64,000 bases of DNA from Octopus vulgaris (taxonomy: Eukaryota), in NCBI GenBank assembly GCA_951406725.2, contig OX597827.1, positions 18,538,001 to 18,602,000 on the forward strand, in the 5' to 3' direction. Below the pieces are notes generated by a model, which did not search any database, was not told the origin of the DNA, and saw only the letters and a list, made by a program, of their open reading frames with translations. Positions 39,919-51,749 of this stretch are shown here, in pieces; position 1 is the first letter of the stretch, and each line of letters begins with the position of its first letter. The position numbers and the translations under genes were made by a program.

Positions 39919-40472
39919 GTATCTTTTCGGTTTGAACGGCAGTTTTTTTCTAGCGGTGTCATATGAAATTGTCACCCATAATTATGACCCTAGTATCGAT
40001 CTATTGCATTTCAATCTGTTTTAGGGTTAGGTTTAGGGTTAGGGGTGGGGGGAAGGGTATCTTTTTTTTTTCACAAATGTAAATAAACCCAATCTGTTTC
40101 TTAAACGAGGGACATATTCATACGGCACAGAATATTTGTAACCTCAATACACGTCATTGATTGATTGAAATAGCAGAAATTGAAGAAAAACAACAACAAA
40201 TATCTTACAAACTATAGAATTTTCTCAATAAAGCCAAGAGAAAAAGATGTTTTATAAACACATTCTATTGTGCCGTATGAATATGTCCCTCGTTTAAGAA
40301 ACAGATTGGGTTTATTCACATTTGTGAAGAAAAAAATATACCCTTCCCCTCACCCCTAACCCTAACCCTAAAACAGATTGAAATGCAATAGATCGATACT
40401 AGGGTCATAATTATGGGTGACAATTTCATATGACACCGCCAGAAAAAACTGCCGTTCAAACCGAAAAGATCC
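39919..40472. mobile_element. MITE family D, rearranged foldback copy
   Basis: Both ends are the telomere-repeat-bearing end in inverted orientation, switching near 40268; TSD-like aaatactg/aaatgctg. Confidence 0.85.
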
Positions 40473-40711
40473 AAATGCTGGCTGTGAAGGCAGTTTTTTG
40501 TTGTTTTTTTCCAAGCTCCTCATTGTTTGCCAACCGGTGTTAGCTTGTTTAGTTGGCGGTGTGTAACTTTACAGTACGACTCCCCCCCCACAAAAGTCCG
40601 ATAAGATAGGTACCAGACTTCAAAAATACGCATTAAGAGTCGATTTGTCCGACTAAATCCGACAAGACGATGCCCTAGCATGGCCGCATGCCAATGACTA
40701 ATTCAAGTAAA

Positions 40712-40751
<40 letters not shown>

Positions 40752-40847
40752 TGCTGCTTCGGTGGCCCAGTAGGCACGGGTGTTGAGAAGCAGTAATTCA
40801 ACAACACGTGGTGGTTTCAAATCTCTTCCAGAAATTACAAGAGATCT

Positions 40848-41238
40848 TACTCTTTTACTCTTTTACTTGTTTCAGTCATTTGACTGCGGCCATGCTGGAG
40901 CACCACCTTTAGTCGAGCAAATCGACCACGGGACTTATTCTTTGTAAGTCCAGTACTTATTCTATCGGTCTCTTATGCCGAACCGCTAAGTTACGGGGAC
41001 GTAAACACACCAGCATCGGTTGTCAAGCAATGCTAGGGGAACAAACAGAGAGACACGCAAACACATACACACACACACATATATATATACATATATACGA
41101 CAGGCTTCTTTCAGTTTCCGTCTACCAAATCCACTCACAAGGCATTGGTCGACCCGGGGCTATAGCAGAAGATACTTGCCCAAGATGCCACGCAGCGGGA
41201 CTGAATCCGGAACCATGTGGTTGGTTAGCAAGCTACTT
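40848..41238 (-). mobile_element. SINE family A
   Basis: Sequence match to the family. Confidence 0.85.
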
Positions 41239-41900
41239 AGTTAAAAAAAATTTTTTTAAGGTGGTGCTCTAGCATGGCCACAGTCAAAATGACTGAAACA
41301 AAGCAAAACAATAAAACACCCTCTATGTATCTATCTTCATCATCCGCTATCATCCTGCTCTCTATATCTGTTCTTTCCCCGAATACTTTCCTCTTTCTCT
41401 CTCACTCGACCACACACACACACACACACACACGCACACACATTTTTCGCTGCTATTCTTCTCTCATTCCCACTTCCTCTGTGGCTCCCATTCTCTTTTT
41501 CCTCCGTGTCTTTCCCTCCCTTTTTTTCTCTTTCCCTCTCTCCTCTCTTTGTATTATACCTGGTTTCTACTTGTATTCTCTATCAACAGCAATCATTTTT
41601 TTTCTCTCTCTCTCCCTCCTCCTCCTCCTCCTCTCTACCTTCCACTCCCGCCAGAAGAATCCGGAGAACAAAATTACCGAGTGACCCCTTTTTTTTTTTT
41701 TCTCTCTCTCTCTCTCTCTCTCTCTTCATTGCACGGATGAAAAACAAAGTGAAGGAAGGGGTCCCACATATTAAACGCTTAGAAACATATACACACGCAT
41801 AGACACCCATTCACACATACACACTTATATTCATGGACACAGTCACTGATACCCAGAGATATTCATATTTGCAAAACACACACACACACACACACACACG

Positions 41901-41935
<35 letters not shown>

Positions 41936-42344
41936 TCACACAGTCATATACACATACTTGCACGTACAAGCACGTACGCAAAGATGCGCGTTCATATTCT
42001 AATGTTCGTCGAAAGCTTTTTAATGCCTCTGTGTGTGTGTGTGTGTGTGTATTAGTGCGTCAATGTATAAAATGTATACGGCTCTGCGTGTGTGCATTAA
42101 CGTGTGCGAATGTCTATGTGTGTGTGTGTGTGTGTGTGTGTTTATACGTATGCGTGTGTGAATGTGTGTGAATGTGCGTTCATGTGTTAGTACGTGCGCA
42201 TGCTGCAGCAGTAGCAGCAACAGTAGTAGTAGGGGTAGTAGTAGTAGCAGCAGCGGTGGTGGTGGTGGTGGTAGTGGTGGTGGTGGTGGTAGTAGTAGTA
42301 ATAGTAGTAGTAGTAGTATTAGTAGTAGTAGTAGTAGTAGTAGT

Positions 42345-42402
<58 letters not shown>

Positions 42403-42454
42403 AGGCAAATGTGTTTTCATTCTTTTCCTGGGACTCTTGTTTCTCCATTTAAGA

Positions 42455-42795
42455 AATAGCAGACGACAGCCATGCACAGAATCAGCAGCAGTCATACTAC
42501 GAATATAGTGAAGGAGTGTCATAGAGTGTCATACGGGACAAATAACAAACCACAGTCTTAAGACAAATAATAGACATGTCGTAGAGGAAGGAATACCAGA
42601 CGACACTCATGGAGCATAGCAGACAATAGGCGCAGGAGTGGCTGTGTGGTAAGTAGCTTGTTTACCAATCACATGGCTCCGGATTCAGTCCCACTGCGTG
42701 GCACCTTGGGCAAGTGTCTTCTACTATAACCTCGGGCCGACCAAAGCCTTGTGAGTGGATTTGGTAGACGGAAAATGAAAGAAGCCCGTCGTATA

Positions 42796-42877
<82 letters not shown>

Positions 42878-43420
42878 CGTGTGTATGTTTGTCCCCCTAG
42901 CATTGCTTGACAACCGATGCTGGTGTGTTTATGTCCCCCGTTACTTAGCGATTCGGCAAAAGAGAGACAGATAGAATAAGTACTGGGCTTACAAAAGAAT
43001 AAGTCCCGGTGTCGAGTTGCTCGATTAAAGGCGCTGCTCCAGCATGGCCGCAGTCAAATGACTGAAACAAGTAAAAGAGTAAATATTCTTAGTATCAGAC
43101 GACAGTCATAAGAGAAATATCAGTCACTAATTAGTCAAAGAGAAATATCGGACGACAGTCATAGAGAAATAGTAGGCGACGGTCATGGAGAAATATTAAA
43201 TGATTATCATAGAGAAATATCAGATGAAAGTCAGAAAAATATCAGACGACATTTATAGAGAAAATATCAGACGACATTCATAGAGAAAATATCAGACGAC
43301 ATTCATAGAGAAAATATCAAACGACCCTCAGAGAGAAATATTAGACGACCATTATAGAGAAATGTCATAGACTTACAACGGACGACAGTCATAGAGATAG
43401 TAGGCAACAGTCATAGAAAG
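42455..43420 (+). repeat. Degenerate ~24-25 bp minisatellite (consensus ATATCAGACGACAGTCATAGAGAA), split by a SINE A insertion
   Basis: Best-preserved units at 43090-43360; more diverged units at 42455-42626. Confidence 0.8.
42627..43082 (+). mobile_element. SINE family A, full length
   Basis: Begins aggcgcaggagtggctgtgtggtaag and ends gaaacaagtaaaagagtaa. Confidence 0.9.
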
Positions 43421-43871
43421 CGAAGGAAAACAGAAAGGTTGGAGAAATGAAAAAATACGTAGTAGGAAGAAAGAAGGAAAATATGAAAGAGAGGAGAGAA
43501 AAACAAAACGAGATTAAGAAAAAAAAAATGGTGGGTGGGGACAGAATTAGAAAGAAGACAGAAAAAGGCGACAAAGAAAAGAAAAAAAATGAAGAGCTTC
43601 AGTGATAGGAACGACTAAATGACGACGAGGAACAAAAGACGAGAAGAAGACGAAAGAAGACGGAAATGTGGAAGACAGAAGAATAAAAAAAAAAAATGAA
43701 AGAAAAGATTGAGAGAAGAGAAGAAAAAAGACGAGAGAATAGGATAGAAAGAGGAGAGGACTAGAACAAAAAGAAGACTCAAAAGCTAAACAAACCCGAC
43801 CTGTCCCTCCCTCTTCGTTCTGTAACAATAGCATCGCCCGTGTGACCTGATACGCAACAGTACTCGGACTC

Positions 43872-43934
43872 TGATTGGTTGAGGCGGCCGGGTCACGTGC
43901 TAGTCTAGACATTTTGGCGCGGCTCACTCTGTCT
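43872..43934. promoter_or_regulatory. Candidate SMAD feedback enhancer: CCAAT box, E-box, palindromic SBE and GC-rich SMAD1/5 site
   Basis: ATTGG 43874-43878; GTCACGTG 43892-43899; 3-bp spacer; GTCTAGAC 43903-43910; 5-bp spacer; GGCGC 43916-43920; further GTCT 43931-43934. Confidence 0.6.
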
Positions 43935-44399
43935 TTCAGTGATTGTTGCACAAATATCGGGATCAAATTTCATAGTGGCTCCACTGAAAAACTCGTTCCG
44001 AACGAGGCCGCAAAACGAAAAACAAGTGACATACAGCTATTTTACACACACATGCACATACTCACAATATCGTTTGAACATACACACACACACACATCTA
44101 TTTACAAGCGCCTTTGAACACACACACACACACACACGCTTTAACAGATACGCATACGTGCTCCCGTGAACACACACACACGCATCTATTTAGAAGCTCG
44201 TTTGAATACACACATTCACACATCAACAAAGATATACGCATACATGCTTTTGCGGGCACTGGCACACACACACACACACACACACATACACATACACATA
44301 CACATTTACGAGCTTGTTTGAATACGGGGCACACGCATTTACAAGCCTGTTTGAACACATACGTTTACTGTCAAGCTTGTTTAAATGTACACACACTTA

Positions 44400-44446
<47 letters not shown>

Positions 44447-45039
44447 CACTTTAGCACAGATACACATACCTGCTCGCGTGAACATTTCCACACTTAAACA
44501 TAGATACGCATACGTGCTCTCGCGAGCATACACGCACACATATTTTCAAGCTCACTTTGACACACACACACACAACACACACACACACACACACACACAC
44601 AACACACACACACACACACACAAAACACACACAGGCACACACACACACACACAGAGAATAACACAGATACTCTCGTGAACATACGCACATATTTACAAGC
44701 GTGTTTGGACACGGACACACACGCACAATTTAACATAAATACGCACACGTCCTTGTTTGAACACAGATACACGCGCACTCACACGAGCACCTTTGAACGC
44801 ACACACAGACACACGTACGTACGTTCGCACGCGCACACATGCTCAGCTATTTACAATCTCGTTTAGAAGCAAACACGATCGTTTGAATACACGCTCTCTT
44901 TAACATACATACAGTTCTGCACACGTATATTTACAAGTTCGTTTGCACACTCCGTACGTTATTTATATACATACGCATTTACACTCGTGTATATACAACA
45001 GATAGTTGCGAATAATGTTTAAATAAACGCATGCTTTAA

Positions 45040-45134
<95 letters not shown>

Positions 45135-45138
<4 letters not shown>

Positions 45139-45523
45139 CTCTTTTACTTGTTTCAGTCATTTGGCTCTGGTCATGCTGGAGCACCGCCTTTTAGTCGAGC
45201 AAATCGACCCCCTGGACCTATTCTTTGTAAGCCTAGTACTTATTCTATCGGCCTCTTTTGCCGAACCGCTAAGTTACGGGGACGTAAACACACCAGCATC
45301 GGTTGTCAAGCGATATTGGGGGACAAACACAGACACACAAACATACACACACACACACACACACACATACATACATATATACGACGGGCTTCTTTCAGTT
45401 TCCTTCTACCAAATCCACTCACAAGGCTTTGGTCAGCCCGTGGGTATAGTAGAAGACATTTGCCACGCAGTGGGACTGAACCCGGAACCATGTGGTTGGT
45501 AAGCAAACTACTTACCACACAGC
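45135..45523 (-). mobile_element. SINE family A
   Basis: Sequence match to the family. Confidence 0.85.
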
Positions 45524-45530
45524 CATGTAT

Positions 45531-45855
45531 GTGGAGGCGCATGGCTCAGTGTTTAGAGCGTCGAGCTTACGATCGTGAGGTTGTGAGTTCGAATCCCGGA
45601 CTGGGCAGCGTGTTGTGTTCTTGAGCAAGACACTTTATTTCACGTTGCTCCAGTTCACTCAGCTGTAGAAATGAGTTGCGACGTCACAGGTGGCAAGCTG
45701 TATCGGCCCCTTTGCCTTCCTTTGGATAACACCGGTGGCATGGAGAGGGGAGGCGGGTACTGCTGGTCTTCCATAAACCACCTTGCCCGGACTTGTGCAT
45801 GGGAGGGTAACTTTCTAGGTGCAATCCCATGGTCAGTCATGACCGAAGGGGTCTC
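45531..45855 (+). mobile_element. SINE family E (tRNA-derived)
   Basis: Head GGAGGCGCATGGCTCAGTG...GAGTTCGAATCCC followed by the cttgagcaagacactttatttcacgttgctccag core. Confidence 0.8.
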
Positions 45856-46345
45856 AGCACATATATATTCCGTTTTTGTATTTGGTTTGCAAGATTCAAG
45901 TGAATTCGTGGGTTCAAGCATATATTATTGTCTGGGGTGGGTCATTCTGTTTTAAAGCCTTAACACGCTCACCGGTTCGATTTCCACTCATTTATTTTAT
46001 TTTTGCAAGAAGCAACGAAAATTTTAGAAAAAATAAATAAGTAAATAGACTGGAAATCGAATCGTTGAGTGTGTTAATTAACAAGGCATTAAAACAGAAT
46101 GACCCGCTCCAAATACAATAATATATAGATATATATATAGACGGAATTTTATCGATGAACAGGTCACGGTCTGAAAGCGACGAAAATCTAGGAGTGAATC
46201 TAACGGTTTTTGTGTGTGTTTTAAATGGATTATAAACACTTTCCACGCTGCAACTGTGCAAATGTTTTTGTTTCAGCACACGATCTCAGATCAGGTCACT
46301 TGCTATGCAAGGACATCTCCGTAATATATATATATATATATATAT

Positions 46346-46767
46346 TTCTTTTACTCGTTTCTGTCATTTGACTGCGGCCATGTTGGAGCACTGCCTCCTT
46401 TAGTCGAGCAAATCGACCCCAGGACTTATTCTTCGTAAGCCTAGTACTTATTCTATCGGTCTCTCTTGCCGAACCGCTAAGTCACGCGGACGTAAACACA
46501 CCAGCATCGGTTGTCAAGCGATGTTGGGAGGACAAACACAGACACACAAGCATATACATACATACATACATACATACATACATACATACATACATACATA
46601 CATACATACATACATGCATATATATATATATATATATATATAATGATTGAATTGATTGCATCGCAATCCTTAACATTTATGTATTAACTTTGTTGGGTAC
46701 TTCACTAGCAGTATATTGGATATATGTTATCCCATGGAGGGTTGCATTTACAACCCCTATCTCAATT

Positions 46768-46832
<65 letters not shown>

Positions 46833-46995
46833 GACGGGTTTCTTTCACTTTCCGTCTACCAAATCCACTCACAAGGTTTTGGTCGGCCTGAGGCTATAGT
46901 AGAAGAAACTTGCCCAAGGTGCCAAGCTGTGCGACTGAACCCGGACCCATGTGGTTGGTAAGCAAGCTACTTACCACACAGCCACTCCTGCACCT
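46346..46995 (-). mobile_element. SINE family A with a ~130-bp insert (about 46642-46770) in the central (TA)n
   Basis: Both halves match the family; unique AT-rich insert flanked by (TA)n on both sides. Confidence 0.8.
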
Positions 46996-47651
46996 GTGGC
47001 TACTAATATAAATCCCCTATTTTCTTACTCTAACTCCCACTCATAAATAATTTAACATTCAGCTATCTCCTCCATTCTCGGCTACCTGCCTACCCATAAC
47101 CCCTATTGCTACTGACCTTAACCACACCGGACACAAGCATTTACTACTAGATTTCCTCTTTTACATCTATAGACCCTTAAGACTACCACAGACACCTACT
47201 ACTCTCTTTAAATTTCTTTCATTTGCTTCTATGCTTTTATAGTTCCATCAATCCTTCGTCTTGAACTGATACACTTTTTTTTATCGACCCCGAAACGACG
47301 AAAGATAAAGACGACCTCGGCGTGATTAGAACTCAGAGCGCAGAGAATCGGAACAGATGTTGCAAAGTATTTTGTCCGATGCTCGAAACAACTCCGTCTG
47401 TTCGCCGATTACGGTTATGAGTAGATCTTGCCTTTGAATCATGTTTTGTTTTTACCCTATCATCCTCTACCTCCTCATCCTCTCTCTCATCTTCTCGGCG
47501 ATCCCGTACACAATTCTTAGACACCTTACTTCATCCTAAAGCCAATGCTTAAATCACTCCCCTCACTCTATCTACCCCTGTTTCTATTTATTTTCTTCTT
47601 TCCTTGTACCACATAATAGACACCTCCGCTACCATTCTGTTATTGAGCGTT

Positions 47652-47885
47652 AAGGCGGTGAGCTGGCAGAACCGTTAGCACGCCGGGCGAAATGCGTAGC
47701 TGTATTTCGTCTGCCGTTACGTTCTGAGTTCAAATTCCGCCGAGGTCGACTTTGCCTTTCATCCTTTCGGGGTCGATAAATTAAGTACCAGTTACGCACT
47801 GGGGTCGATATAATCGACTTAATCCGTTTGTCTGTCCTTGTTTGTCCTCTCTGTGTTTAGCCCCATGTGGGTAATAAAGAAACAG
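47652..47885 (+). mobile_element. SINE family B monomer, full length
   Basis: A box TGGCAGAACCG and B box GAGTTCAAATTCC. The core gactttgcctttcatcctttcggggtcgataaattaagtaccag resembles the Meta/MESC-type SINE core domain (from recall, unverified). Confidence 0.85.
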
Positions 47886-48129
47886 ATATGTTCGCATCTT
47901 TTTTTCTCTGGATCTTTACTATATAAGGATTTTGACCCACATGGATCTACGCAGGATTACACCTGAGGACTTATGCTCGTATTCCTACAACATCGGAAAG
48001 TTGAACTATGAACTTTTAGGCTTCTTTTTTTCTTCTTTCTTTCCACCTCCTTCTTCTTTTACTCCTTTCCTCTATGTCGTCATCTCATTAATACATACCA
48101 TTCTCATTTTCCATATTTTTTCCCTCTTT

Positions 48130-48185
48130 GTCTCTGATGATGGAATATCCCATACTCGGGGATATCCCAGAAACAGCTGTAAGAC
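48130..48185 (+). ncRNA. Type I hammerhead ribozyme
   Basis: gtct-CTGATGA-tggaatatccc-loop-gggatatccca-GAAA-cagctg-TA-agac: stem I gtct/agac, 11-bp stem II (one mismatch), palindromic helix III, GUA triplet. Confidence 0.75.
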
Positions 48186-49365
48186 TTTGAACTTTTTCCA
48201 ATAATAATATTGTATACGACTTGAGATGTTTGCCTTGCCTTAATATTTCTTGTCCTCTTTAACAATTATATATCCTCTATATCGGAAATGTACAATGACT
48301 CCATAACTACAGTCTCGGCTATAACCTTGGAGCCTTAGTAATCCATTACAACACTTACCTAGCGTACCTAATCGTTTAGATCGCCTGTGAACTAAACCCC
48401 CATACTTTGTATGTGTGTGTGTGTGTGTATACTTGAATTATTTCAAAATTTCTCCACTGACTTAGTTTTGCTTGGTGATAATGAAGATAACGTTAATTGA
48501 CAATAAAGAAATTACAAGGCTTTAAGGCTATGTGATTTTAATCAATAGGAAGCCTCCATGGCCAACATACCGAAGGGCATTTACTTCTATGCATTTATAG
48601 TTCCATCAGTCCTTCGTCTTGAACTGATACACTTTTTTTTTATCGACCCCGAAACGACGAAAGATAAAGACGACCTCGGCGTGATTAGAACTCAGAGCGC
48701 AGAGAATCGGAACAGATGTTGCAAAGTGTTTTGTCCGATGCTCGAACAACTCCGTCTGTTCGCCGATTACGGTTATGAGTAGATCTTGCCTTTGAAATCA
48801 TCTGATTAAGCAAGGGTCATGTTTCGATTTCGTTAGGTTCATCAGCCGTGCATATTCGTATTAACGGGACAGGCACAGAAGCAATCAAGAATGCAGTGAA
48901 ACAGAGGTTACAGTGAAAGTCAAGTTACAGCGCTGTGGGATTTTTAGCCTAGAATCCCAATTTGTTTCTAAGCCTATATTTCTAAAATTAATTGCGATTA
49001 AAATATTTTTAAAGTATTAACTATTTCTGTTTCCTTTAGGCTGTTTTTAGATTTTAAAACACTCCTAGCGGGAGGCTTTCTCTTCTAATCTAATTTAAGT
49101 TTTCTTTTTCAACTTTTTTTTTATATATGTGAGAATATATAGTACCCCTCTCTATCCTTCCTCAGTGTGTATATATGTGTATATATACACACACGCGCAC
49201 GCACATACACATAGAAGTTGAAAATGCACTACGAATCGTCTAGATTTTATTTTTAAATTTTTAAATACTTAACCGGTTTCACAGCTTTCTCTGATTTCAA
49301 AAGTTGAAATACAAACACGTGGAGATTGAGCTATGTTGTCTGTCTATCTGTCTGTTTCTCTCTTT

Positions 49366-49631
<266 letters not shown>

Positions 49632-50164
49632 ATTACTTAAGTTTACCGTGTAATGGTCCTTTTTCATGCCGAATTCTACTTGGTGAAATTATTGATTACT
49701 TCTTAATTAATTAATTTTACCGTTTATTATTATATATATATATATATATACTTAGAGAGAGATATATACAAGTACGTCATTTTCATCTACCTATTACTTC
49801 AACCCACTTGAGTAATAAAGGTAGAATGAGGTATTTTTATCTATTGGCTGAAACAGCTGTAAGTTATTTTCCCAAATTATATTCACACTTTTTATAATAA
49901 TTACTGGCATCCTTATATATTACTATATTTTATATCTTATATCTTATATGTAAAAAATAATATGTTATATGTATGTATATTCTTGTAATTATCAGTTTAG
50001 TAAATAAATAAATAAGTTAACATAGTATAATGTCTAAAAGTTGATGAACCACCTATTGATCTCCTCCATTTTCTTATTGCTCTCTCTCTCTCTCTATCTC
50101 TCACTATATATATATATATATAAGAGACCAAAGTGCACGTACGCCGCTATATATTTTTTATTTA

Positions 50165-50591
50165 TAAAAAATACAAAAATGGGACAAGAACGCAAAACAT
50201 CCAGAGAGACGATACAAGGAAAACAAGGACGGGTCATTCGGAGTTTTCTATCCTCAGTCGAGTTCCAGATAATCTTTGCAATTTCGGCTGGTTATACACG
50301 AGATTGCTCCAATCTGTCCAGCCTCAAGGAAAAAAATAAGCTACGAGCATTAGATTCCTTGGAAGAAAGCAGCGAATGTATTTTCGTATAGATTCGCTGC
50401 TTTCTTCCAAGGAATCTAATGCTCGTAGTTTAGTTTTTCCATGGGGCTGGCCAGATTGGAGCAATCTCGAGTATAACCAGCCAAAATTGCAAAGATAATC
50501 TGGAACTCTTGTATCGTCTATCTGGATATTTTGTTGTCCTTTTTTGTTTCACTTAACTGTCTGGCTGTTTTGCGTTCTTGTCCCATTTTTG

Positions 50592-50597
<6 letters not shown>
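50165..50597. repeat. Large imperfect inverted repeat (~200-bp arms) between (TA)n tracts, with a third partial copy at about 51075-51235
   Basis: Centre cttggaagaaagcagcgaat-gtattttcgtatag-attcgctgctttcttccaag; outer ends aatacaaaaatgggacaagaacgcaaaac / gttttgcgttcttgtcccatttttgtatt. Confidence 0.85.
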
Positions 50598-50640
<43 letters not shown>

Positions 50641-51243
50641 ATGTTACATTACTCGGTAGTCAAGATAAAACTCTGAGTTTCAGATGCCGAAGTGGAAATC
50701 CACAACACCATCTCTTCGGTTATCTGGCTATTTGAAAACGTTATGAAAAAATACCGTTAATTAAAGGGAAATTACTCTGTTATAACTCTGCTTGCCTGCG
50801 TACTTATACATCGCTCGCATTTTTCGTCATAAAAATTATATAAAAATACATAAAAAATACATAAAAAATATATAAAAATATATAAAAATACATAAAAATA
50901 TATAAATTCTTCTTGGGACATAACATAGAAAGCATGTTCTATCTGTTTTCTTTAGGGGACCAAAAACGTAACAGAAATTTAGTCACATGTGGGCATGATC
51001 CGAAAAGCTCTGTCCTTGTATTTAGACATGTAGTAGGGTCTAAGCTGCTTTTCCAGATAAGCCATCTCTCAAAGTATCCAGATAGACGATACAAGAGTTC
51101 CAGATTATCTTTGCAATTTCGGCTGGTTATACTCGAGATTGCTCCAGTTTGTCCAGCCTCAAGGAAAAAAATAAGCTACGAGCATAAGATTCCTTGGAAG
51201 AAAGCAGCGAGTGTATTTTTCCGTCCTTGTTTTCGTGTAGATG

Positions 51244-51293
51244 GAGTCATATCATCAATGATTTCAGATTTGATTAATCTTCATCAGTGACCC
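51244..51293 (-). ncRNA. Inverted copy of the 51324-51373 hammerhead
   Basis: Exact reverse complement on the other side of a (TA)n spacer. Confidence 0.72.
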
Positions 51294-51323
51294 ATGCATA
51301 TATATATATATATATATATGTAT

Positions 51324-51373
51324 GGGTCACTGATGAAGATTAATCAAATCTGAAATCATTGATGATATGACTC
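51324..51373 (+). ncRNA. Type I hammerhead ribozyme
   Basis: gggtca-CTGATGA-agatt-aatca-aatct-GAAA-tcat-tg-atga-TA-tgactc: all three stems pair; AUA triplet. Confidence 0.75.
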
Positions 51374-51610
51374 CATCTCGCTTGCCGTAGGGAGCTTGTC
51401 CCCTCTGTCAGTTGTTAGAAAAGTGGTCTCATGTGCCTAAGAGTTGTTTTGACTCTTATTTCTAGCGAAGCTGGTGCTGACTAGAATCCTCAGTCACCTT
51501 AGTGACTACTAAACTTGTGCCTTCCGGTTGTAAATTGTGAATAGCCACCTTAATAATTTATATATATATATATGTTCCGATTCGTCGTTTCGGTCCACTT
51601 CTTTGTTCCT

Positions 51611-51664
<54 letters not shown>

Positions 51665-51749
51665 TTGTTGTTGGCGTTCTTTTTGCCTCGGGAGACAATG
51701 GAGTTGCGCATAGAATAATCTAGTCTGGCTTTTACATTTCATGTCCTAA

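Noticed and set aside
42455-43420. CRISPR-like appearance of the ~25-bp repeats
   Set aside because: Units are contiguous with no unique spacers, the context is eukaryotic and there are no cas genes.
43547-43966. 139-aa minus-strand ORF over the SBE island as an upstream exon
   Set aside because: No recognisable homology, and the C-terminal half is low-complexity F/S/L from a purine tract.
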